Of a stretch of DNA of 56,976 nt, positions 21,107 to 31,480 are shown piece after piece. Source of the stretch: Savitreella phatthalungensis (taxonomy: Eukaryota); assembly GCA_051599415.1 (NCBI GenBank), contig AP039710.1, forward strand, positions 186,001 through 242,976, given 5' to 3'. The position numbers were made by a program, and so were the translations under genes. The number at the start of each line of letters is the position of its first letter. Within the stretch, counting starts at the first letter, position 1. Below the pieces are notes generated by a model that searched no databases, was not told the DNA's origin, and saw only the letters and a list, made by a program, of their open reading frames with translations.

Positions 21107-22741
21107 CTAGTCCTCCTCCAGATTAGAACAATTGGATAGCAAGGCCATACGAACATACAAAGAGATCGAAAGAGTTCGAGGCGCAGTCGAGCAGATCCTC
21201 ATGGCACTCTGCCCTGTGCTATCCTCAGAGTAGCTCTAGCGTACTCGGGTCGGCCAAAGTTGTCAAATATTGCATTTGTGAGTACGTTCATGCGTGATTC
21301 GTGGCGCTCATCGCCGACGGCGTCAACGTCTAGATCTGGACGATACCCAGTCCCCCGGTTGATACTCGAGCAGGTGTGCCAGTAAACGCAACTCCCACAT
21401 ATCACTTCACTTTCCTCCCAAGTCAATCACGTCAATGTTGCGTAACTTGCATATATCGCGCAAAAAGTACGCCTCAGCTAGAAGCCACCTCGATGCGCTT
21501 TAACAGGTTAAATCAGCCAACCAGGTTCTAAATCCACCACACGGCCTGTAGCACCTAATTATTTTTAGCACCTGTCTACGGGAGCTGACCCCGGACTCTC
21601 AACTCCCGAGTCGACGGCCAATGATATCCCACGCATGCTCCACAAGGGCTAATTTCTCATCCTGGAAATCTTTCGCCGTTCACGATGTGAGTGATTGGCC
21701 AGGATGGAGCGAGTATCCGCGACTGCATCCGAGGGAGGATCTACGCAAGTGCAGTCTGACACCTGTCGAAAAAGAGTTCCAGATTAATTGGCTGAAGACG
21801 TCAAAAGTAATCTACGCAAGACATTATCAATTTATCACGTCCGTTAGACTGCAGACCCGAACGATCCAGATCATCTCGCAAAGTGTCGTCGTGACGGAAG
21901 CTGTAATTTCCAAGGGGGACAAGAATCAAAAGCTTGACGCTGCTCGCGAGTGAATCACCTGGATGGATGGTACAGATGAATGCATGATTGTTCTTCAGTG
22001 TCGTGGAGATCGCCTTACCTTGGTCGTCATCCCTCGAAGGTAACTTTGTGTATGACATCGGTGTATGCCATGCACGATGCCGATCAGGTGGTTCCTTTGG
22101 GGTAGCTGTTCGTCCGGGGGAGCAAGTCTTAATGCTGAGTTTTGAGAATTTTGGGTGCATTGCGTCAGGCCCACATGTGATGGTTGGGATGACTACCGAA
22201 GATCAAGCACCACATGAGACAAGCGAAGTCAAGTCTGGTACCGTCTCCAGATCGAATTTGGCCAAGAAGAGAGAGCAGGCAGACCAAAAGGAGATTATCA
22301 CCCGGCCGCCATCTCGGAATCGCTCTCGACGAAACCCGAGGGTACCAAACAATCAGTCATCAAGCCATGCCCATGGTCCTGGTGGGATGATGTGACTGGA
22401 CGATGAACCTAATTTCCAACGGCCACAATGCAAGCGCCACCAACGGACATCGGGCATGCAAGTAGAGGCATGTCATGGAATGATGCCGCCTGTGGCCGCC
22501 CGACCGGCATGAAATGCGCGCAATAGCAGCCCCGTAGCACACACTGCCAAGCGGTCTCATAGTACAGGCTGCCAAGCGTGACCATAGACGCGTATTGTGT
22601 GTATGTGAGAGAGCGAGAGAGCGAGGCGAAGCAATGTGAAGCGAACGGCTTTCATGCCGCTCGACAGTATAAAGAGTGCTGCTTGCCTATCCTAAAAAAG
22701 CTAGATCTCTTTCGCCACTCTTACAACCTCCACAGCTCAGG

Positions 22742-23809
22742 ATGCAGCTCACCGGTATCCTTGCACTCGCTTCTACGCTCTCGTGCGTCGCCGCACAGGC
22801 CGCGTACGATCACCCGCTCGCCAGACGTCAGGCTCCTGTGAGCAACTCGACCGTGTCAGCTGTGACATCGTCCACGACGTCATTCGGCCTTGGAGCCATT
22901 CCGGCCTCTTCATCCACTCGCAGGTCTAGCAGCATCGCCAGTACCAGACGCACCACCACCACCACCACCACCCAAAGAGGCACCACCGTCACAGTCACCC
23001 GCCCGGTCGTCCAGACCGTCATCCAGGTCTACGTGGTCTCATACGTGACCCGTACGACGACGGTTGGCGGTGGCGCAGGCGTCGCTGGCACTCCTCAGGT
23101 GGTCGTCTCGCCTGTGCTCGCCACAACCACACGTACATCGTCCGTGACCGTGCCTGCGACATTCGTCTGCCCAGCGCCTACAGCCACGGTCACCGTGACT
23201 GCACCAGCATCCACCCCACGCACCACCACCGCAACCACCCCCACCACAGCACGGACCACCTCCTCCACCACCACAGCACGAACCTCCACACCAGCAACAC
23301 CAGCAGGCACAACCTACAAGAACTGCCTGCCACCAGCACGCGCCGCCGCAGCCACCTCGTTCCCGAACCTGATCGTGCCCGTGCAGCGTGCGAATCCGTC
23401 GCGGTCGTACGGTACGCAGTACTTTGTTGACGTCCGGCCTGGCCAGGATGTGATTGTGCAGTTTGACATTGCGTCCGGGTCGACGAAGCAGGTGGCGCTG
23501 GCGCTGCCGCCGGCCAGCCAGCTTGTGACATCGAGCTACACGGTGACCGGTGACGGCAAGTTTGCGATCGCCAGACTGCCGAAGGGCATCACCGCCGGCA
23601 CCACGTTCGCCAACGCTGGGGCCAACCTCGACACGCTCACCTACACAAACTTCACAGCAGCCACAAACAACCAAAACCTCCAGGTCATCCTGCCAAACCA
23701 GCAGATCGCAAGCGGTAGCACCGCCTTTGTCATCAGGTCGGTTTCCGGCGCGACGTTGCGCGTGTTTGAGGACTTCAACTGCGCTGTTGCTGGCGTCGTC
23801 CTCGTCTAG
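22742..23809 (+). CDS. Secreted Ser/Thr-rich cell-wall protein with But2-like C-terminal domain
   Basis: Signal peptide MQLTGILALASTLSCVAAQA, a dibasic RR site and a Thr-rich stalk. The motif FPNLIVPV..ANP...YGTQY follows. TATAAA at 22668-22673. Confidence 0.75.
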   Translation: MQLTGILALASTLSCVAAQAAYDHPLARRQAPVSNSTVSAVTSSTTSFGLGAIPASSSTRRSSSIASTRRTTTTTTTQRGTTVTVTRPVVQTVIQVYVVSYVTRTTTVGGGAGVAGTPQVVVSPVLATTTRTSSVTVPATFVCPAPTATVTVTAPASTPRTTTATTPTTARTTSSTTTARTSTPATPAGTTYKNCLPPARAAAATSFPNLIVPVQRANPSRSYGTQYFVDVRPGQDVIVQFDIASGSTKQVALALPPASQLVTSSYTVTGDGKFAIARLPKGITAGTTFANAGANLDTLTYTNFTAATNNQNLQVILPNQQIASGSTAFVIRSVSGATLRVFEDFNCAVAGVVLV

Positions 23810-24076
23810 AGAGACGGAGGAGACGGTCGCTCAAAGCTCGAGCTCACGCTCGAATGCGATCTCCTTAGAATGAGTTTTAGAAGACAGAACGAAAAGAAGA
23901 GAAGAGAGAGACAGAGAGCAGAAAGAAAAAAGTACATCCATTTGCAGATTATGCCGAGCGCTAACTGGTAAGGAAAATGATAATGTCGTGAGAAGAGGTC
24001 GTCGAAGGAAAGATTGTCAGACCGTCGTCGAGTGTGAGTGCTGATTTTGGGTAGAGTGAATTGGATGAAGTCTGAC

Positions 24077-24712
24077 TCACTGCTTGAGCCAGTTCTTCAC
24101 CTCAACGTCGTCAAAGCCGCCGTTGTTGTTGCCGTCGACGCCGAAAGGATGTAGCTTGAGCTCGTCTGCGGCGTGCTGTTTTGCGAAGCGTCGGCGAGCG
24201 GCGCCCTGGACGTGTTCTGCCTTTTCCATCATCAGATCGCCAAGGATGGGCTGTGCTGGCGGTAGTGGGCCGGGGATGGCGGCAGGTGCTGGTGGGAGCG
24301 GTGCAGGCGGAGGTGGAAGCATGTCCAACTCGGGTGCAGGAGCTGGCGGGAAGAGGCCCGGTGGTGGCAGGTCGAGGCCTGCAGCAGGGAGGAGCGGCAT
24401 CTGGTTCGGTCGCGGGAAGGGGTCGAGTGGGAGTGCGGGCATGGCTGGTGGGAGATCAAGAGCGTCGCCGTTCTTTTCTGGCGGCGGAACCTTCCAGTTG
24501 TGATCTTTCTGCCAGTACTTGTCGGCGTGCGCACCCATCATCTTGTCGAGCTCGCCAGCAGTCAAGGGCTTTGCAGCGAACGGGTCACCTGCACCGCTCA
24601 ATGCATCTGCCTTCTTCTTCTCCATCGCCTTCACTCTGTAGTTTGGGATCGCGGCAGCAGAGCATCCGACCACCAGGCATAGCCATGCGGTAGCGACGTT
24701 GGCGACACGCAT
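24077..24712 (-). CDS. Secreted proline-rich protein of unknown function
   Basis: Signal peptide MRVANVATAWLCLVVGCSAAA and a Pro-rich middle with repeated LDLPP-like motifs. Confidence 0.6.
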   Translation of the reverse strand: MRVANVATAWLCLVVGCSAAAIPNYRVKAMEKKKADALSGAGDPFAAKPLTAGELDKMMGAHADKYWQKDHNWKVPPPEKNGDALDLPPAMPALPLDPFPRPNQMPLLPAAGLDLPPPGLFPPAPAPELDMLPPPPAPLPPAPAAIPGPLPPAQPILGDLMMEKAEHVQGAARRRFAKQHAADELKLHPFGVDGNNNGGFDDVEVKNWLKQ

Positions 24713-25555
24713 GGCGAAGTTGATATACAAGGGTTGACCGCTGGTCTGTTAGGAGGAGTCGCGCTTATGTCGCGCAGTGGATGAGTAGCTTCGGATTGCA
24801 AGCGTAGAGAGAAGTCCTATCGCTTGATCTCGACAATGAGCTGTCAGACAAGAGAGTCCGGGGTAGTCGTGCGCTTATATCGAGATGGACTGTCAAAGGA
24901 CGGACGGGTGGGTCTGCGCGTATTGACGGTTGCAAAAAGAATAGCAAGTGTCAGAGTGTTGAGCTGCGCTTATGCGTTACGTTCTACTATCGCTCGCGTA
25001 CGTCGTGCAGACGCCTTGCAGAACAAGAGCCAACCTTTCGCAGCCGACTTTGTGAGAATAGGATAGTAGAGCGTGGTGAGTTCTGGTGCACGGATGCTCA
25101 GTGATGTACAGACCGTTACCCGCCGTGGCGCCTGTGCAGGGACAATCCAGGGCAGATGGCGTCGATTGAAGGGGATCCGACTTGGCGTGATTCTGTATAT
25201 CTTTGGACCTGTGATGGGAAAGCCAGGGCTAGGGCTAGCGCTAGCGCGAGTATGTGACTGAAGTGATTTGATGATTTGAGAAGTGGGAAAATGGAATGAC
25301 TCCCTGCTGAAGGGCAAAGTCTATCACACTAGGGAATTCCACACGAAGGCGTTTATTCTGGATTTGAGAAGGTTTGGAGTGAGTGGGGATAGCTTGTTAG
25401 CTTCTTCCAAGTCTTAATACGGTTTCTCGCAAGAGTAACCCACGCGTCGATCCCCGCCTTTCCCACTCATTCAACCTAGCCGACATGACGGGGAACAGGT
25501 CTGTGTGTGTTGGAATCTGAGGAAGGTGAGCAATCCACAGCAATTCACAGCAACA

Positions 25556-25640
25556 CTGTGCTCTGCTGTGCTGTGGTGTAGTGCGCTGTGATATGCTGTG
25601 CTGTGATATGCTGTGCTGTGCTGTGCTGTGCTGCCCTGTG
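25556..25640. repeat. Degenerate (CTGTG)n microsatellite
   Basis: Read directly from the sequence. Confidence 0.8.
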
Positions 25641-26616
25641 CTCTGCAGTGCGTTGTGCTGATGGACTCTGCTGCGCTTCGTGCTCTGTGAACGGTCAAAG
25701 CAAATACTCCGCACGCAAAAGAACAATCGCCAAGATGCCATAGCCACGTCGCTCATCCTAAATCTGAATTCCAGTTTCAATCTCAGCCAGGACACAGCCT
25801 TGAACCTTTAGCCGTCGGAGGATCTGAGCTGGAGCCAGTATGGATGCCCCCCGCCCTCCGCCTTCCGATGGGCTACTGACCCGTCAGTCTGGGTGGGACG
25901 ATGCCGATGATGATGATACTGACCTTTTCGCTCTGATGACTGTCAGCAGCCTGCATGCGAATTTAGAGCTCTAGCAGAGCTGTGACGCAGAGGCTTCCAA
26001 TCATCATCAACCTTTTTGCAAAACTCGAGATCTTCATTTGACTTGCACCAGATATGAATTCAAAAATAGAACAATCTATCTGGAGTCAAAAGAGGGATAA
26101 AAAGTGGGGAAAGATCCCACAATGACACAACCGCTCGATCACTCATTTCATTCATCATCTTTTCAACCATTCATCCATTCTTCCACTCATCCATCCGACC
26201 CACTTCTCATCTCAGAACTGGGCCTAGTCATCTTCTCTATTCGCTATCCGCTAAGAATATCTGTCGTTCTGTCCTTCGTCCATGTCCTTGTGCCTCTGTG
26301 GATGTAGATGATATATGTCTCAGGACGGGCCGCATGCCTCGTGGCATGGCGACATGGGCAACTGATGAAAAGGAGGGGCTCCGACGTGTGTGTATGTGTG
26401 CGTATGTGCTGTGCAAAATCGAGCCAAAGGCGCGCGCGAGAGCAAGGGACAAAAAGTACATGACTGCTACGCGAAATTCATCACGCTATAGTACGGTACG
26501 GGTCATTTTCGCGCATGCCATAGGATACGTTACAAGATGGCATGACCTCTGTCGTGCATGCATGCATGAAGGACATGTGTGTTGCGCTTCACTTTCTTGC
26601 CCGCGTCAACCTTCCA

Positions 26617-27657
26617 CTAGTCGATCTCAATAGGCTCACCTCTGCCAGATCCACCGCGAGATTCTTGCTTAGCCTTGCGATTGCTTTCCTTGATCGACTG
26701 ACCTCTGCCAGGAAATTTGACCCGAGAATCCTGATCATTCGCTGGAGCATCTGGATCTTTTGGCAGCCGAACCTCATAGCCAAAGAAGAGCGTGCCCTTT
26801 GGCAGACGAAGCGGTGCCGGGACGCGCTTGACCACTGACGCTCGCTCTGCTGATCCTTCCTGCTTGGCTGCATCGAGCGCGATCGCCTTGCCTGACATCT
26901 TGTGTCCAGCGCCTGCAAACTTCCCCACCGCTTGTCCTGCCGTCTGGAGATTGTCAAAGTCGATCTTGCGCGCCATCGCGCCTGCACCAGCGCCAGCACT
27001 AACCACTCGACCTGGATTGCCCATGTTCTCTCCGCCGTGGCGCGACCGCGTCGGCTCCACATAGCCCTTCGGCGCAGCAAAGTCTACCGAGAGATCGGTC
27101 TCGATCACCCCGATCGCCATCGACTCCGACTCTGGCTTGACCTGGAGCACTGCGACATCATATACATTGTCGTTGTAGCTAAACTGGAAGATATCCCCCT
27201 TCGTCAAGGTCGAGAAATTCCGAAAGGTGTTCTCGAGCACAGCCTTCGGGTCGGAGATGTCGAGAAAGGCCGGCGATTGTGGTTCAAGCTGGACAAATGT
27301 GCCCTGGGGCAAATCAGTCGACAGAACCTGGAGCAGATCGCCTTCCTCGCACGCCAGAGTCTTCATCATCCAGTGCGGCAGGTAGATGCGACCCTCTTCT
27401 GCAATGAACTCGAGCACGCCCGCGTGTGTGACGGTGGAGCGCCTGTTGTTGCGCAGTTCAAACTGCATCGGGTACGAGATGTTTTTACGCGAGAGCTTGT
27501 CGAGCGCGCTCGGCGGCATGATCACCTTGCCGCCGTAATTGACGTTGTCGCGCTGCGGCCCATGCAGCATCGCTGACGAGTAGCATCGAAAGTACTCGTC
27601 GTACCGCTGGTTTGCAGTCCGCGCAAACGCAGCCTCTTGGAACGCTAAGAAGTCCAT
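26617..27657 (-). CDS. UFD1: Ubiquitin fusion degradation protein Ufd1 (Cdc48 cofactor)
   Basis: YFRCY, NYGGKVIMPPSAL, THAGVLEFIAEEGR.YLPHWMM, FLDISDPKAVLEN and ETDLSVDFAAP.GY. SHP-box-like FAGAGHKM and FPGRGQSI. Confidence 0.97.
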   Translation of the reverse strand: MDFLAFQEAAFARTANQRYDEYFRCYSSAMLHGPQRDNVNYGGKVIMPPSALDKLSRKNISYPMQFELRNNRRSTVTHAGVLEFIAEEGRIYLPHWMMKTLACEEGDLLQVLSTDLPQGTFVQLEPQSPAFLDISDPKAVLENTFRNFSTLTKGDIFQFSYNDNVYDVAVLQVKPESESMAIGVIETDLSVDFAAPKGYVEPTRSRHGGENMGNPGRVVSAGAGAGAMARKIDFDNLQTAGQAVGKFAGAGHKMSGKAIALDAAKQEGSAERASVVKRVPAPLRLPKGTLFFGYEVRLPKDPDAPANDQDSRVKFPGRGQSIKESNRKAKQESRGGSGRGEPIEID

Positions 27658-28018
27658 TTTTAGCGATCAGTCGGCATATGTGCTTGTGTTGTTGGCAGTA
27701 TGAAGCAGTGTTGACAGATACGAGCGAGTCGGGCCCTGGTGAATGCCGTTACGTGTTTATGTATGTATGTGTGAGCATGGGTATGGCTAATGGGTGACGT
27801 TATGCATCTGTGTAGCCCTGTCGAGCTCGGCGCACAGATTGGATTTTGACACGAACACGCACGTGAACAAACATCTGTCCGTACGAGAATTAAATTTCAC
27901 ATGCATTAATTACGCTGCTCGTCCCAGGCAGTTGGTATTCAATGTTCAGCTACAGATCTGTGTGAATCCTAGACATGAGGTATATACACGATAAATGCTC
28001 TGTTACCCTTGTCGAGAT

Positions 28019-28972
28019 CTACGTACGGCGCTTCTCTGCCTCGAGACGCTGGTAGAGCATATACAGAGCTGCCTGATTCTGTTCAGCGGTGCCTTCGACT
28101 TGTATAAGTCTCTCAAGTGGCCTAGTCGGATCAGGCTCTGCAATCTTGATGTGGCTCCCCGAGAGATTGCGAATCTCGTTGATCTTGCTTCCTGCCTTAC
28201 CGATGATCGCACCCACCATGTCGTTTGGGATAAAAATCTGCTGCTGGATCTTCTCTGCCGCTTTCGTAGGCGCAGCGGCACTTCCACCTGCGGTATCCGC
28301 TGCCGCTGCTGTCTCCTGTACGGTCGCCGCCGCCGATGCAGGAGCAATACCGTAGGGATTTGATGGCGTGACCATTGTGTCGTTTGGCTTGATCTTTCGT
28401 AGAGTGTCTGGATGAAGGTATCTGCCGCCCATGCTTGTCGGGCTGTACGGTACGCAAACGGCGTGCTCAGCACGCTCACGGTTGCCGAGAAATGCCCGAG
28501 CGACCATTTCCAAAGCAGCGACGATCTGCTCGGTCGTGCCGCGCAGCGACAGACCCTTCTCAGTCGACAGCGGCAGATTTGTCCGTGTGAGATTGAATTT
28601 CACGCCCGTACGATCGATAATGTCATTCCGTATGACATTGGCCGGACCTGTGATGACCCCGACATGATAATGTGGCACTGCTATCCGCAGCATTCCCTCA
28701 ATAGGGAACTCTTTTGCTGCAGATGCGATACCAGCGGGGGTGCCGTACAAGGTCACGATACGCTCGATTGCGCCTGGCTGGCGTGGTGATACTTGAACCT
28801 GGGCGTCAACCTTGTCCCTGAGCTTAGTGAGAGCTTCGTCATCGGTACCTGTGATGGCAGCTGCCTGAGCGTCGTCCACAATGCAGCTCAATCCAGTGCA
28901 TTGCGTAGGATCATCCAACTTTCTCCGAGCATTCTTTCCATCATCTAGCTCCTCATTCGCCCTCTTCGACAT
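28019..28972 (-). CDS. PBP2: Three-KH-domain RNA-binding protein, Pbp2/hnRNP K-like
   Basis: C-terminal KH: QQIFIPNDMVGAIIGKAGSKINEIR.LSGS.IKI..ALYMLY.RLE.EK. Two degenerate KH domains lie upstream. Start set at the first ATG. Confidence 0.72.
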   Translation of the reverse strand: MSKRANEELDDGKNARRKLDDPTQCTGLSCIVDDAQAAAITGTDDEALTKLRDKVDAQVQVSPRQPGAIERIVTLYGTPAGIASAAKEFPIEGMLRIAVPHYHVGVITGPANVIRNDIIDRTGVKFNLTRTNLPLSTEKGLSLRGTTEQIVAALEMVARAFLGNRERAEHAVCVPYSPTSMGGRYLHPDTLRKIKPNDTMVTPSNPYGIAPASAAATVQETAAAADTAGGSAAAPTKAAEKIQQQIFIPNDMVGAIIGKAGSKINEIRNLSGSHIKIAEPDPTRPLERLIQVEGTAEQNQAALYMLYQRLEAEKRRT

Positions 28973-29475
28973 GGCTGTTGTCGAGTGTGACAAGAATCAA
29001 GGTAGATGCACGTGTTCAAGTACGTCGACCGCGATACAAATTTCTCTGAACCTTTCGATGCAGATCACGTGTATGAGGAATCTTCCGCGTAAATAACCTC
29101 TCCGCAGACTGCTCCCAGATTCACTCTTCAAAATAGTGTTCCAGAACCCGGAGTCTAAGTTGAAAAGTTGAGTGAACGGGAATTGCAAGACGGAAATTCA
29201 TCGTTTCATCCATCCACTCATTCTATCCATTCATTCCATCCATTCATTCCATTGCCCCGGATTTCCATAATCTCTGCCCCACAATCACTGCTGTCGTACA
29301 ACTCTCCCACACATTCCACACCACGCTCTTCCCTGCAGCATCGATCCATCCATCCATCCATCTGCATTACGGATCTCTCGCTCAGAACACATCTGAACTG
29401 CTCTTTGAACAGATCCTCTGAGACTAGAACAGACTCAGACGCAGACCGATCTCTCTGACCTTGCCATTTTGGACT

Positions 29476-31416
29476 ATGACATATGAGCAGAGAAACCTCC
29501 ATGCGAGGTCACTCCAACAGCCGGACAAGTTCTGGGGAGAGATTGCAGAGTCCATCACCTGGTCACGTAAGCCAGACAAAGTGCTTGATATCAGCGGCAA
29601 ATCCTGGCGATGGTTTCCAGGTGGCCAGATGAACATGTGTTACGAGTGCATAGACACACACGTCGATGCAGGACTCGGCCCACAGCCCGCCATCATCTGG
29701 GATTCTCCTTTGACAAATGCAAAGGATGTCATCACCTATGCAGACCTCCAAATTCGCGTTCAGACCTTTGCAGGAGTACTCCGCAAGCACGGCGTAGGCA
29801 AAGGCGACGTCGTCATGATTTACATGCCGATGGTCCCGCAGGCGCTGGTGGCCATGTACGCGTGTGCTCGCCTCGGTGCTATTCATTCTGTCGTCTTTGG
29901 CGGATTTGCTTCGAAGGAACTGGCAAAGCGCATTGATGCAGCCACACCCAAGCTCTTCCTCACAGCCTCAGCTGGTCTTGAGGAAAAGCGCGTGACTGCA
30001 TACATGCCCCTCGTCAACCAGGCAATCTCACTTTCGACCCACAAGCCATCAAAGGTCATCCTGCTCCAGCGCCCGGGCTACGAGGCCAAGGACCTTCCGA
30101 GCAATTGCCTGGACTGGGATCTCGAGCTGCGTTCTAGCCAGCCAGTAACGGAATGCGTGCCGACAGATTCTCAAGACCCAATCTACACGCTCTACACATC
30201 CGGGACGACGGGAACGCCAAAGGGCGTGACCCGGTTCTCAGCCCCATACGCAGTCCATCTCAAGCACTCGATCAAATCGCTCATGAACCTTCAGCGTGGC
30301 GACGTCATGTTCTGCGCAAGCGACATCGGTTGGGTCGTCGGCCACACCTATATCGTATATGCTCCTCTCCTCGGCGGCTGCACGTCTGTCCTGTTCGAGG
30401 GCAAGGTACCGATGCGAGCTGGCCAGGAAGTTTGGCGGATATGCGAGCGGTGGAAGGTGAATGTGCTCTTCTGTGCTCCTACGGCTCTGCGCGCTCTCAG
30501 ATCAGCAGACCCCAACCACGAGCAGATCGCCAAGCGCAACTTACGTCCTCTCCGCAATCTCATGCTCGCAGGAGAGCGCAGCGAGCCGTCAATCGTGGAG
30601 CTCTATGACGGCGCTCTGAAAAAGCATTGTGGGGAAACGTTCGAAGTCGTGGATAATTACTGGTCTTCAGAGAGTGGCTCTCCGATCACTGGCGTCCTCC
30701 AGAACCTGAAGGACAAGCCGCGCAACAAGCCGGGATCCGCCGGACCACCAACCCCGGGCTACGATGTCAGAATTGTCGACGATAGTGGCAAGGAGCTGCC
30801 ACCAGATGCTGAAGGCAACGTCGTCCTCAAAACGCCCTTGCCACCGTCTATGCTCTCGGAGCTCTGGCGAGACACGGCCAACAGGTTCGAGGCAAGTTAC
30901 ATGCGACGATTCAATGGTCGGTGGTTCGACACGGGTGACGCTGGCAAGATCGATCAGGACGGATACGTCCACATTCTGTCACGGTCTGACGACATCATCA
31001 ATGTTGCGGCACACCGTCTGTCAACTGGTGCGTTCGAGGCAGTCATCTCGACCATCCCAGGCGTCACGGAGTGCTGTGTTGTCGGCATGCCTGATGATCT
31101 CAAGGGACACGTCCCGATCGCATTCATCGTCTCCTCCAAGCCTCCGAGCTTCGCAGACGTCAACAAGGTCGTCAGGGAAGAGATTGGCAATATCGCCAGT
31201 CTAGCAGGCGTGATCAATCTGACCGCGCCCCTGCCAAAGACGAGATCAGGCAAGACGCTGCGACGGACTTGTCGAGCGTACGTGGAGAACGCATGCAAGG
31301 GTGACTTTGACGCCAAGGTCGATGTGCCCGCGACGATCGAAGATGCCAGCGTCCTGCCGGCCGTCAAGCAGGCCGTCGACGAGTTTGTGAGACTGCGTTC
31401 GAAATCAAAGTTGTAA
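29476..31416 (+). CDS. Short-chain acyl-CoA (propionyl/acetyl-CoA) synthetase, ACSS3/PrpE-like, with C-terminal PTS1
   Basis: ARLGAIHSVVFGGF, YTSGTTGTPKG, ASDIGWVVGH, DTGDAG, AHRLSTG and PKTRSGK; ends in -SKL. Confidence 0.92.
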   Translation: MTYEQRNLHARSLQQPDKFWGEIAESITWSRKPDKVLDISGKSWRWFPGGQMNMCYECIDTHVDAGLGPQPAIIWDSPLTNAKDVITYADLQIRVQTFAGVLRKHGVGKGDVVMIYMPMVPQALVAMYACARLGAIHSVVFGGFASKELAKRIDAATPKLFLTASAGLEEKRVTAYMPLVNQAISLSTHKPSKVILLQRPGYEAKDLPSNCLDWDLELRSSQPVTECVPTDSQDPIYTLYTSGTTGTPKGVTRFSAPYAVHLKHSIKSLMNLQRGDVMFCASDIGWVVGHTYIVYAPLLGGCTSVLFEGKVPMRAGQEVWRICERWKVNVLFCAPTALRALRSADPNHEQIAKRNLRPLRNLMLAGERSEPSIVELYDGALKKHCGETFEVVDNYWSSESGSPITGVLQNLKDKPRNKPGSAGPPTPGYDVRIVDDSGKELPPDAEGNVVLKTPLPPSMLSELWRDTANRFEASYMRRFNGRWFDTGDAGKIDQDGYVHILSRSDDIINVAAHRLSTGAFEAVISTIPGVTECCVVGMPDDLKGHVPIAFIVSSKPPSFADVNKVVREEIGNIASLAGVINLTAPLPKTRSGKTLRRTCRAYVENACKGDFDAKVDVPATIEDASVLPAVKQAVDEFVRLRSKSKL

Positions 31417-31480
31417 CCTCAGAGTAATTCTATTTTTGGCAACCTACCAGACCTGCTCAAGTGCAAATGTAGACCACCCC

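Noticed and set aside
21130..22660. 1.5-kb gap inspected for tRNA, snRNA, RNase P/MRP or telomerase RNA
   Set aside because: No convincing boxes or template found by eye. An Infernal/Rfam scan could overturn this.
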